A stretch of DNA of 64,000 bases, taken from positions 100,316,001 to 100,380,000 of the forward strand of contig CM097886.1 in the NCBI GenBank assembly GCA_044892525.1, read 5' to 3'. Shown piece by piece: positions 21,501 to 33,500 of the stretch. Every line of letters starts with the position of its first letter. Position 1 is the stretch's first letter. Below the pieces are notes generated by a model. It was not told where the DNA came from. It saw only the letters and a list, made by a program, of their open reading frames with translations, and made no database searches. This stretch comes from Schmidtea polychroa (lineage: Eukaryota). Made by a program: the position numbers and the translations under genes.

Positions 21501-22287
21501 ATTTATTTGGATTTAATTGGATTTAATTGGATTTAATTGGATTTATTTGGATTTAATTGGATTTAATTGGATTTAATTGGATTTATTTGGATTTAATTGG
21601 ATTTATTTGGATTTAATTGGATTTAATTGGATTTATTTGGATTTATTTGGATTTATTTGGATTTAATTGGATTTAATTGAATTTATTTGGATTTAATTGG
21701 ATTTAATTGGATTTATTTGGATTTAATTGGATTTATTTGGATTTAATTGGATTTAATTGGATTTATTTGGATTTAATTGGATTTATTTGGATTTAATTGG
21801 ATTTAATTGGATTTAATTGGATTTATTTGGATTTAATTGGATTTAATTGGATTTATTTGGATTTAATTGGATTTATTTGGATTTAATTGGATTTATTTGG
21901 ATTTAATTGGATTTAATTGAATTTATTTGGATTTAATTGGATTTAATTGGATTTAATTGGATTTAATTGGATTTAATTGAATTTATTTGGATTTAATTGG
22001 ATTTAATTGGATTTAATTGGATTTAATTGGATTTAATTGGATTTATTTGGATTTAATTGGATTTAATTGGATTTAATTGGATTTAATTGGATTTAATTGG
22101 ATTTAATTGGATTTAATTGGATTTAATTGGATTTAATTGGATTTAATTGGATTTAATTGGATTTAATTGGATTTAATTGGATTTAATTGGATTTAATTGG
22201 ATTTAATTGGATTTAATTGGATTTAATTGGATTTAATTGGATTTAATTGGATTTAATTGGATTTAATTGGATTTAATTGGATTTAAT
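21501..22287. repeat. 10-bp satellite (GGATTTAATT / GGATTTATTT), roughly 78 units
   Basis: Direct reading: the two variants are interspersed on the left, and the array is homogeneous on the right. Confidence 0.97.
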
Positions 22288-22427
22288 TTTATATACATTG
22301 GATTTCATCATGATGAAATATGATGGAATATCTTGGAATATCTTGGAATCTAATCTAATCTACTTGAAAAGAATTAAATAATATGGAATCTACCGGAATC
22401 TAATCAGAATCAGCTGGATCAGAAACA

Positions 22428-24914
22428 TTATTGAGAATTATTATTATCTGAATCATAATCATCATAATCATCTTCTTCATTATCAAGATTATCAAGATTA
22501 TCAAGATTATCAAGATTAGCATCAACGGAATTAATATTTTCATAGTAGGAATTATTATAAACAATCCAATCATCAGAATCATTTTCAGGATTATCAAATT
22601 CCAAATCACTTTCAATGGATTCTGGATTATTAGGATTAGGATTATTAATATTGGGATTATTATTAGAATTCTTTAATTCTGATTCTTGGATAAATTCTTG
22701 GATAAATTCTTGGATAAAATCTTGATATTCTTCAGGTGACATTTTAATAACATCAACATCTGTATAATTTGTTGCTAATGTTTTGTTAATTTTTCTCAAC
22801 TTGTTTATAATAGGAATCCTATCATTTCCAAATGTAAGTGTATAAATTCCATCTGAAGAAATCCATCTTTTTGTATCATTATTATCTAGAGAAACTTTTT
22901 GTGATTCTTGTACAAATATTGCATGTTTTTTAATATAATTTGATGAATTGTTACTATTTGTTTTTTTAGAATCTAATCCTAAACAAATTAGATAATCTTG
23001 AAATGTAATATTTCTAGTAACACATCTTTGAATTCCTTTATTTCTTTTTTCTTCAATCATATTAACAACCTCATTATAAATCCTAGCCATTAAAAGAGCA
23101 TATTGTAAATCTATAGTAAATAGTAAATAGTAAATCCCAAGATAGAGATGGTGAAGTTATATAATTATAAGGTTTTAAAGGAAAATGTTTAAAGGAAAAT
23201 GTTTTTACAAACTTTTCAAAACAATCTGCGAGAATTTAAACATCGAGACTTAGATATACATCAGTATAATCTCCCATGGTTTGACAATTAAATAATTGCC
23301 ATATTTTTCTAGTTCGAGCATGTTCTTGTTCAGTTATCTTTGACTGGGATAGGATTGAATAAAACTTTTCATGTATTGGTAATTCTATTTCTTGATATCT
23401 ATCAAATGAATCAATATAATCATATGGATATATTCCTTTTGCTAAACATGTAGCATATTCTTCAATTGGAATATTATATTTTTGTAAAACATGTTGTATT
23501 GTATATTTAAAATCATTCTCTCCAGAGATTTCATTTGGCATTGTTTTCATTGTTTTTGATATTGCATTTAAACTCATTGCAAAGAAATTTAGAGAATCTA
23601 TAAATCTTAGACAACCATATTCTATGCATTTATATATTTCTTTTGTTAAAGCAGTAACTTTAAATGCATCTGTTGCATTAATTGCCAAATGTTTTATGAA
23701 TAGATGAATATCATATCCAAATAAATTATGAAGCAAGACTGGTATGAATTTTAGTTTTCTACAATTTAAGTTACAATCTTTATGAGCTGCCCCTTGGTAA
23801 TTATTTGTTGATTTAAAATGATAATGATCTATAACTTTTGGATTATTAATATTTTCATAACCTTGTAATGATTGTTTACAAATCCAACAAATTGTAGAAT
23901 TTGTATATTCTGTATATTGTTCTGGTGAAATTTTCATTTCAAAATCAATTTCTATTTTTTTCTTGAGAACATCTTTTATAGAATTGAAATCTTGAACAAA
24001 ATGATTTAAAGTATCCTCTGCTGAAATTCCTCGATATGATAATTCTTGAGAATCAAAAATTTCTGGATAATTAATATTGCCCATTGAAAACATTTATTAT
24101 CTTTATTTTGAACATTTATTATATATTTTGAGTTTTTTAAAAAATTTGGTGTGGGAATCCAAGATTTTGGAACTGGGGGATTTCCTTTCCAATAATCTAT
24201 TTCTATATTTTCAAAAGATTGGAAAAGTAAATTTGATTCTCCTAATTCTTGTTCAGATTGTTCTTGACTTTCTTGAAATTCTATTATAATTTCTTTGAGT
24301 GTTTTTTATAATACTTTCATTGAATACAAATATCTATATGGAATTTGAATTTTAAATTCTAGAAAATTTGGATCTATATTTGGTTCAACATTTCGATCAA
24401 TATCTCTCCCATATTTTGCTTTTATGGAAATTTTATATTTTATAATATTTTACCTTGGTCCTTTGAATTTTTTTATAGCTTTTTCCATTGATTCTTTATT
24501 TGATCTTGATTTTTTTTAATATATGAAGAAATTGATGTTGCTCCAGTTTCCAAATCCACAATTTCATCTGTATGATTAAATTCATCCCATTCATGATCCC
24601 ATCTTAATCTTGACATTTTTGAGCATGTTCTTTTAATTCTAATTTGCTTTCAAATCTTTCATGACATTTAAAACATGGAAATGTTTCTCTAATTTTTTGA
24701 ATTCCAATACAATTTATAAAATGTTTTTCATACCCAATAAATATCTTTGTTGACATTTTGGACAAACTTTGGAATTATTATCATTTAATAAATTTGCCTT
24801 TTTTAAATGTAATTTTGATTTTTTATGAGATATTAATGCTGTTCTCGATTTGAAATATTTATTACAAATATTACAAAATAAATCTTGAGAACCCAAATTT
24901 CTTAAAGTTGCCAT
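22428..24914 (-). pseudogene. polB: pPolB of element 2 with two large internal deletions (polymerase motifs A-C absent)
   Basis: Zinc fingers, NKCFQWAIL joined directly to INYPE, HNH-like CWIC..DHYH..GAAH, KGIYPYDY, YLSLDV, then a jump to the C-terminal KGIQRCV...QKVSLDNNDTKR. Confidence 0.88.
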
Positions 24915-25186
24915 TTTTAAAAATTTGTGGTTTATTTTTATAATATAGAATTTAGCAAGTTTATAATAATTTATAAATATAATGATTTGTTGAATCAAAG
25001 ATTTATTTAATTTAATGATTTTTAATATTCTTGGATAGTTGGGTACCCAAAGAAAAAGACGAAGAATAAAATATTAAAATATTAAAATATGGGAATGTAT
25101 ATATTTCTAGAATTTATTATTAAATAATCTTGGGTACTCAAGAATAAAAAATATTAAAATATGAGAATCGTAAAATAATTTCTCCG

Positions 25187-25326
25187 AGTAGAAGCTATAA
25201 TGGGAATCCTAACGAGCGCCATTTACCCGGAGATGAGCGAGGATAAAAAACAAAAACCTGTTTTTGTTTTTTTTACGAGCGAAATCGGAGGGTGGGCGAG
25301 TTAGGATTCCCATTATAGCTTCTACT
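25187..25326. repeat. 140-bp palindrome with perfect 27-bp arms and AGTAG termini
   Basis: AGTAGAAGCTATAATGGGAATCCTAAC (25187-25213) versus its exact reverse complement (25300-25326); central AAAAAACAAAAAC/GTTTTTGTTTTTT hairpin. Confidence 0.9.
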
Positions 25327-25329
25327 GAG

Positions 25330-26492
25330 TACATAAAGCAATGTAAAAATCAAAATTCTGCTTGGTTTCATTGTTTGAGAGGATCATAAAAACTAACAGC
25401 AAAATGTAAACTATGTAATGAGATAGTAAAAACCAATGGTTCAACAAACACTACTCAGCACACGTATTTAAGAACAATACACAGTATTAAGTGATGATTT
25501 CTTGGTAGCAGCATTTATTATTTAAAACAATAAAGTGATAATTTAAGCCTTTTGCTGCAAATAATGTATTTAATGAAAAACTTTTCGACTATAAGATAGT
25601 CCTTGTCAATCTCCTCAGTTAAATACACAATATTAATGTGTTAAAACTGGATGTCCTCCAAGAAGTTCCAGAAAGCAGCTCATCAAAAATGACGATTGCA
25701 CATTATTTAATTAACAAATGAGATGAATAATTTTCTGCAGTCGTATCAATATTATGTGCCTTGGGTAATATGCCATTCAGAGTTTTTTCTACGTCTATTG
25801 ATTTGAGAAATTGCATTTTGGCTAAAGGTGCTCGAGAGAATGTGTTACCAAAATCACCAAACTCCATTAGAAAAATGATTTTAACATACGCACAAAAGAT
25901 GCGTTTTAAAATGTTGCATGATTTTATTTCCATGCAGAGAAATGTATTGCGGCCCTGGAAACCACATTGCAAAACAACGATCGAAATTTCCGTAAAGATA
26001 TTACGTCTATATCAACTGATGGAGCAGCGATTATGCAAAAAGTAGTACGCCTTTTACCATGTAATCAGGAGTTGTGCTTTGCACCAGCGACGATCCACTT
26101 AGCTGTAAATAATATTTTCTATAATAAATCGAATAGCACTGAATTGAAGGATATAACTACAGAAAATGTTAGTGTGGAAGAACCAGGGAGGAATACGTAG
26201 ACTTCGATTGTCTGTACTAAGTAAATAATAGTAGGTAGTTAGGAGCTTACTGCAGCAGCAGGGGGGAAGGGGGTTGCTGCAGTAAGCTCCTAACTACCCA
26301 CTAATAATGTATTTTTAATACAAGAAATAACTATGAATTTCAATTTGGTATTTTAAATAAGTTTTTTTAGTATTGGTATTGATAAAAAAAATTTTTTAAA
26401 TATTTCGAAATTCGACCGAATTTTAAAAAATCCTTAAATGCGAATTTCGAATTCCGTTTTTTTTTCATTTTCATCAAAATTTGCAATGCCTA
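25330..26492 (+). mobile_element. Degraded hAT transposon remnant (BED finger plus first catalytic Asp region, right TIR)
   Basis: SAWFH..AKCKLCNEIVKTNGST BED-like motif; ISTDGAAIMQKV...LC...IHLAV; end TTGCAATGCCTA resembles hAT TAGG termini. Confidence 0.7.
26230..26302. mobile_element. 73-bp hairpin mini-element with AGT...ACT termini and 6-bp TSD
   Basis: Arms 26234-26259 and 26273-26298 pair with one G-T mismatch. AATAAT at both 26224-26229 and 26303-26308. Confidence 0.7.
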
Positions 26493-27097
26493 GTTCTGAC
26501 ACATTTCCTCGCGTTGCTTATGCCTAGGCCTAATGTCAGTTTTTGCTCAACACAAGTATAAGTAGCTTTCCATCGCTGATAATGGAGTCCAATTAAAATT
26601 ACCCCAATGACAGAGAGACAAAAATATCCCAATTTAGAGGCGGATTAATGTGCGAATTTCATTATAAATTTAAAATGTCTCCGTAGAAATTCTGCATAAG
26701 TTGTAATTGGACAAATAAGACCAATCTTGAAATCATTTCAATTTGTATTTTCCATTCGATTTTAAAGAGCAAGCTCAAAAATGTTTAGATGGTCGCGAAT
26801 TCCACTAAACCAAAAGATCAAATATCTTTCGGTATTTTTAGTTTACCTGTAACTTTCCAGACTTCCGATCACATAAATACAAAAATCTCCTTGATCGACA
26901 CCGGTTAATGCCTATCAATTTTACCGAAGACCTTTGGGTTGTCTACTGTTACTTTCTGTAAATTGAGAGCTGACAATGGCTCCGATAAGTTAGCACTGAA
27001 ACTGGACAAATCGATCAAGGTGAATCAACAGATATCAACATAGATGTCATAAATAAAAGTTATATTTTAATAGAGTTATACAGGGTTTTTCATCATA

Positions 27098-27174
27098 TTT
27101 TGACATTTTGTCAATCAATTTTGACATTTTGTCAATCAATTTTGACATTTTGTCAATCAATTTTGACATTTTGT
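27098..27174. repeat. 21-bp tandem repeat TTTTGACATTTTGTCAATCAA x3.6
   Basis: Direct reading; each unit contains the dyad TTGACA-TTT-TGTCAA. Confidence 0.92.
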
Positions 27175-27550
27175 TAATTAAAAAGGTGCGTCTGTACTAC
27201 TATTATTTTTTATTATAGACTTCTTTGACTTCTTTGGGCGCAAACAAGTGCGTTTGGTAAGTATTTTTATATCACCTATACTACACTAATAAAGGTTGTC
27301 GTGTTTGATATGCACAATTATATTTACATTCCTTACTTATATCGCAACGGCACCACCCTTCCATGGCCCGCATTCCACACCCGCACTACGCGTGCCGTAA
27401 CCACAGAACGTTAAATTCTAAAGTGATTACCAGTCAATGTCTTGGTGGATCTTTATGATTGTCGACCGGTGTATTTATCTCAAATTAAAATATCCCATTT
27501 TCAAATATTTATTATTCAATAAATAGCCAATAATAAATAAACATTTAAAA

Positions 27551-29047
27551 ATGCTCAAATTATTCAAACGAAATAGGTTGATGCGAAAACACCGAAGAAT
27601 TCGTGATCACCATTTTCAAAGATCTCAGGATCCTAAAATTGAATTTGAGAATTCCTTTTCTTCAGAAACCTTTGAAATCAAAACATCGAAAACCGAAATA
27701 CAAACTGAAAACTCCTATTTCCAAAGATGCCTGAATAATATTACAAATATTTTAGGAAACAACTCAAAAGCGCCATCAAGGAAGTCAATGAAAATAAAAC
27801 CTGAAGAATTGAAACTAGGAAAGAATTTTGAGGAATCCTCTCAATCGACAACATCGGATATTTCCACAATCAAATCCTTTGCAAATGAGAAGAAACCCTC
27901 TAACAAGAGATTATTCAGTCTACGAAGGCTTCCAAAGTACCCTAATGAGAAATCTTTGGTATCAATTGGAAATTACAAGGAATTCAAGCCAAAGATTTCT
28001 GGAAGAAACAATTGTACTCTCAGGAGCTCAATATATTGCACCGATGGGAAAAATATTGTCTACAATATCTCATTTTATGCAACAGAATGCCGATTATATC
28101 CATTGCACTTAGAGAAACGCAAAGGAGCCGATTTCAAGAATGACAAACAGATCCAATCGGAGAACCATTTCTTCTATAAAACGAAATTCTTCATCAACAG
28201 TACAAAATTTATCATTTTGAAGAAGTTCTACTTTATTCCATCGAAATATAAAAAGAAATTCGACCGACTTAAAGGAATTACTCCTCCGGTGAAAGTCTAT
28301 TTCAAAACGGATTCCTATAAAGGAAATTCGAAAAAGGTCATCCGAAACAAATTCAACGGTCAAATAAATTATCCCACAACATCGGGAGAATTCTTTCTTC
28401 TATGGGATAATATTAATATCAAGGTGAAAGCGGAAATGTTTAAACTCGATTCTGTAAAACAGAACTGGATGATGAATGTGAAGAATAATGGTAAATGCAG
28501 AAGTTCAGCTCAGATTATAACAAGATATAAGAATGACATCATCGAATTCAAATTCAATATGGCCCAAGTTCAAATACAAGAAATTACGCCACATACAACC
28601 AGGGGTTGCCAAGTCAGGGACTCGCAAGCGTACATTCCTTACATAAGCGATATTAATAATCGCAGGGTCATATTAGCTTTACCTTTCACCCAATACTTTT
28701 ACAAGAATCCAATGACGGATATAATCAGATGCAACTGGATAAATGCTTTGAATAAAAGGGAGCCGAGATGGGTGACAGAATTGCGGCATCTTCGACAAAA
28801 CAAAACAGTCAAAGAAGATTTCGACGCATTGCTAAATAAGATTCTGGAGCAACATCATTCCACTGAAATCCAAATTAATTTAGTAGGAACCGTTTATAAA
28901 ATTAAAGGAAATATTCTTCCTGTCGTGAAAATATCGTCTGACACAACATATGAAATGTTTGCTCAAGAACGCCAGCAACAAATGTTAATGCAAGAAACTG
29001 GGAAACTAGACTCCTCACGTGTGAGTTATTATTCTTTTATCATTTAA
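27551..29047 (+). CDS. Uninterrupted 498-aa ORF, no recognisable domain
   Basis: Long open frame in AT-rich DNA, AAAAATG start, AATAAA-rich 3' flank, upstream donor-like TG/GTAAGT near 27257. Confidence 0.6.
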   Translation: MLKLFKRNRLMRKHRRIRDHHFQRSQDPKIEFENSFSSETFEIKTSKTEIQTENSYFQRCLNNITNILGNNSKAPSRKSMKIKPEELKLGKNFEESSQSTTSDISTIKSFANEKKPSNKRLFSLRRLPKYPNEKSLVSIGNYKEFKPKISGRNNCTLRSSIYCTDGKNIVYNISFYATECRLYPLHLEKRKGADFKNDKQIQSENHFFYKTKFFINSTKFIILKKFYFIPSKYKKKFDRLKGITPPVKVYFKTDSYKGNSKKVIRNKFNGQINYPTTSGEFFLLWDNINIKVKAEMFKLDSVKQNWMMNVKNNGKCRSSAQIITRYKNDIIEFKFNMAQVQIQEITPHTTRGCQVRDSQAYIPYISDINNRRVILALPFTQYFYKNPMTDIIRCNWINALNKREPRWVTELRHLRQNKTVKEDFDALLNKILEQHHSTEIQINLVGTVYKIKGNILPVVKISSDTTYEMFAQERQQQMLMQETGKLDSSRVSYYSFII

Positions 29048-29335
29048 TCTCTTATATTTTTATTCATTCCCTTTCTGGTTCATTAACTATAACAATTAAA
29101 ATAAATTAAAATATAAAATTGAATTGTCATCATAAGAAACTAAACAAATTTATTTATTATTTAATAATTGCTTTATGATGAATAAATATTTTCAGCTCAT
29201 GGCGAATTTGATTCCGGATTGGGACTTGGAAGCAAATACTATTTAAATGCTCAAGTATCTGTTCATATTCTTATTGTACCCTACAGTATGAATTTTTATT
29301 AATAAATCCTCTGAAATTATATTTTATGGTTTCTA

Positions 29336-29745
29336 TAGGGTTGCCAACTCCCACAACCTCGAACCCGGGAGATTATAAAATTGCGAATAGTATAACGCTT
29401 AAGAAAAAATATAACAGGTGTTTTTACACTTTTATGGTTTACACATGTTAATGATTTTAACTATATGACTAATACCATAAAGATTTAAGCAAAACAACTA
29501 TTTTTACATATTACATAGTACAGTTTACAAATCATGCTATTTATGTTTGTTTTTAAAATTGTATTTTTCTTGTCGTCGGGCTGACTCCAATAGGTTTGGT
29601 GATTTTAGAGAAATCAAATTAAAGTTAAAACTTTAAAAACTACACTTTTCTTGAAAAATTGTAAAATATTGTAAAAACTGAAAGACGGGAGATTTACATC
29701 TCCCGTGTTATATTTAACCGGGAGACGGGAGAGTTGGCAAGCCTA
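29336..29745. mobile_element. hAT-type MITE
   Basis: TIRs TAGGGTTGCCAACTC and reverse complement TAGGCTTGCCAACTC; degenerate 8-bp flanks GGTTTCTA / GGGTTATA. Confidence 0.7.
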
Positions 29746-30557
29746 GGGTTATATCGAGAAAATGAGGCTTATTAACTGGTGAACTCATGAAATGCATTTC
29801 TAGATGCTTTTAGATGAGCCAATCTCCGCCCCTGCATACTTACCAATGTGTTGGGCTACAACTGATTACTAGACCCAAAAAACTAAGTTCTGGACTGAAA
29901 TGTGTCAGTACACACCTCCAAAAATCAAAACATATAAAACACCAATTAAACAATAATAATAAAGAAAACAACACACAAAAATTAAAACCTTTAAATAAAA
30001 ATAAAATGAAACCCATTGTGTTATTGCAAAAAATCTTACTCAGATATAAGAGAAAAACATACAAACAACCAAAAACAAATCCGAATAATGGCGATTTAAA
30101 AATTCAAAGAAAAAAATTAAATTAAAAATTTCATAAGAAATTCATTTAAAGAAAAGTACAGCGAATTTCAGTTAGAAAACCCAGAAATCTTCATAAAAAT
30201 CCGAAATCCATCATGGCCGCCGAACGACCTACTAAAAGTTATAAAAATAAATATTTTAATTAAAATATAAAAATGTTTATGAAAAATTTACAAAAAACAA
30301 TATCAAAATTAAGAATTAAATTAAGTTAGATATGGAATGTTCTGGAAATGACCAAAATCCATCATGGAGGCCAATTTAGCAAAAAATAATTAAAAAATAA
30401 AATTTTGAAAAATAAAATAAAAATTATTGCGAAAAAATAGCCAAGAAAATCAATAAAAATCAAAAATAGAAAATTCTAGAATTAAAATAATTCCGATTTG
30501 TTTTACTGCACTAATAAATGTACACAAACTCGCACACCAAAAATAAGGTATATATAT

Positions 30558-33500
30558 TAGGGTGGGTCGAATGTTAATAAATTTTGAGTTCAAGAAAGGA
30601 AACATGGTTAAAAAGTTGTATTTTGGTATAGAAAAATCGAATCAAACCATTTTACTTAGATTTATGGACATTTACTGCTCCCAACTTTTCTCCGAAAATG
30701 CAGTTCAACATAAGTGTGAAAACAATGTAATTTGGCTAGTGTCGGAATATGTTTTGCGCCTTTGTCCATATTTAGATGTAGCTTTCTTAAGAGCTTATAA
30801 GTATATTATTTACTCTCTTGGGCTGAGATAGTATATTCTGTGTCCTCATCCCGCATTGAAATATATCCTGACAACGTCAGTGATTAGGAAGGGCCAAATT
30901 TGAATTATCCTTTTCAAATACAAAAATCAACTTTCGAAATTATTTTTTATTAAAAACATCCAGCCAAAAGTTTAGAAATGTATTAGCGAGGGCATAAAAA
31001 GAAGTCACATGAAATCAGCTTTGCTTTGCACCTTGGGCAATTCCTTCCTTGATTTTTTACACAGTAGTACCATACCATGTCTGGACTTGTGACCAAACAC
31101 TTTGCAACTGGCAGAAGAAACATCTTTGATGGCTCTTTCAACGGCTTGAGAATGACAGGGAAATTGTTCTAATGTAATTTTCTTATTCATCTTCAATTCA
31201 TGATCCAATATATGAGATAAAAGAGGGGGAGGCGTCAAATTACATTTTGTCCAGTCAATCATGTCAACGTATGATGTAGCAGACGACTGAAGAAAGACAG
31301 TATTCTTGTCCATAGTGCGAATCACTTCGGAAGGGAGAAAATTTTGTCTTGCAGTTATGATTTTTTCTGTTGCAAACTTTCTGATTTCTTCATCATCATC
31401 ACCAACAGCAGCTAGGAGTATATTTTCTGGATGTGAGAAGTAATTGTTGTTCTGAATGACAGGAAAGATGATTTCTTGGTCTGATGGATCCAAATCCTGC
31501 AGAAGTTGGAGCATATAAAAAATATTTCTTGCACCATCTTGGCATGACGAGTGAGTCTTTATATAAAACCATGACGGTCCATAGAAATTGACAATAAATT
31601 TCACTATTCGCATGAGAGGTTCAGATGGAGCAGTTTCGGACATATATAGTCGCAGAATTCTATTAGCTTTCGTTAGCCAGCGACTGTGATTCAAATTTCC
31701 TGGTTGTGCCATTTGTAGAAAAGGGACATCCTTGTTGTTGTGGTACCCTTTCTGGACTGCCAAGCATACTCTGAGGAAATACAATTGATCAGTGTTCAAT
31801 TCTTTCTTGACATTTTCACTAATATCTACGACCTTTCCAGGAAGGGACATAAAGGCTACTACGGGCTTGTCTTTTGGATCAAAATCAAGAACGCTTCCTA
31901 TTTCACCACATGACGTTTTTGGACCTTTTGTTTCTCCATCATCGACGACTGAAAAATACTTCCTGGATGGCAATTCATTTGCATGCAACAAGCATATCAG
32001 CCATTGTAGAGGTCGCCCTAGGCTTTTTTCGAGTCTTCTGATTATTCCATTATTTTTTCCGGTGTTTGTATTGGTTCCATCGCACACAATTGCTTGAAGG
32101 GTCAGTGAGGACTGCGTGCTAACGATGATTGACATGATTTCTTTGCCAATATCCACAGCTTTACTACTTTGAGGTACAACATGATCGATATATGTATCCC
32201 CTGGAAAGGCGACAATCACATAATGCTCCTCTTTTAGGATCCTTCTATGAAGTAAGGTGGAATCTTGTTTCCCGTCGAAACCGAGGCAAATCAAGTTTTT
32301 CGCTTCTGCTGAATGCTGTTCAATTTCTCTCTCCCTCCAGTACTTTCTCTGACGCCGTAATTTTGCGGGATCGATGATTGTTTGAGAGGATAACAGTTCC
32401 ATATCTTTCAGAAAAGTGTTTACTAGCAAACACGTGTCTCTGTTGCTCACACCACATCTGTCAACAGCTTTACTTAATTCAGGATAATGTCTTCTATTTT
32501 GAAATTCATCACATTCTTCTACGCTTGACTCTGAGCTTTCTGTTGAATTGTCTAACTTATCTTTACTTTCATCACTAGCGGCTTCACTCTCCGTGTCACT
32601 TCTTGAGGTCGGATGTAGATCGTTAACTTCAGTGTCCATTATTTCATATTTCATTTGTTTTCCTTTTCCTGTAGGGCTGCTTTTTGTTTGTTTTCTCTTC
32701 AATTTTGAGGTTTCCTGTCTGTCCGTATTTCCGATTTTCATGTTTCTGGTAGTTTGTTGGTCAATCCAGAACTCCCACTCTAAGGTAGGAATTTTCAAGG
32801 CCAATCGGCATGTACACTGACTTCTTCCACGAGCACCATCATTAAAACATTTGCAGCAACATATGTCAAACAATTTGGAAAACGAGCTTAACTTATCTTG
32901 AAATTTGGCAGATGACCTCTTGCATTCTGGATACTTCTCTAATTCACGCACTTTTGATATTAGTCGCTTGACACGAACCACAATACTACTGAACTCAACA
33001 GTTGGGATACTTGCCTTCATATAAATTTCCTTCACCTTATTTGCGAGAAGAGTTGCTTGTTCGTTAAAGCCAGTATGAAATTGCGTACATTTCTCATTGT
33101 AACAGTAATCACGAAACACATCTTCACAAGTAGGTAATTGGTTTCTGGGTAGTTCACAAGTTTGACCAAACAGACAATGACGTGATTTACTTCTTGTTTT
33201 GCGAAATTGCTTATTTCTCTGTCCCTTCATAACTGCTCTTCTGTACTCAGCTCTGGCAAAATAAAAGTGAATCATCAAGTTAACTTTTTTAATTAGGTCC
33301 AGCAAACACTTGACATCCAATCGAAACAAATTAAATTATCTGAGTTTAGACTGACTAGTAGTATCCATGTGGATTATGTGTTGACTTTAGTGTGTGTGTT
33401 AGTATTGTTCAGAAGAAATTGTCTTTGTGAGTGCTTGTGTGAAGGTGCTTCCGTGAATTAACCTCTCTATACATGCACGCGTTAGCTTGGACTTGTGAAT

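Larger units (their letters stand above)
14885..25326. mobile_element. Polinton element 2, related lineage, inverted, internally deleted (no integrase, PLA2 or MCP); right boundary uncertain
   Basis: Starts CACTGTCCCCTC like element 1. Colinear homologs of the ATPase, pX-like, conserved ORF, protease, penton, fibre, membrane protein and pPolB genes occur in mirror order. Confidence 0.88.

Noticed and set aside
21501-22287. Regular repeat array as a CRISPR or telomere
   Set aside because: No unique spacers, no cas genes, and not a TTAGGG-type unit; it is a simple satellite.
25250-25258. RSS nonamer ACAAAAACC, and heptamer-like CACTGT/ACAGTG Polinton ends
   Set aside because: No heptamer at 12/23 spacing and no RAG or Transib gene; short AT-rich matches are expected by chance.
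27098-27174. TTGACA as bacterial -35 boxes
   Set aside because: Context is eukaryotic and there is no properly spaced -10 box or bacterial gene.
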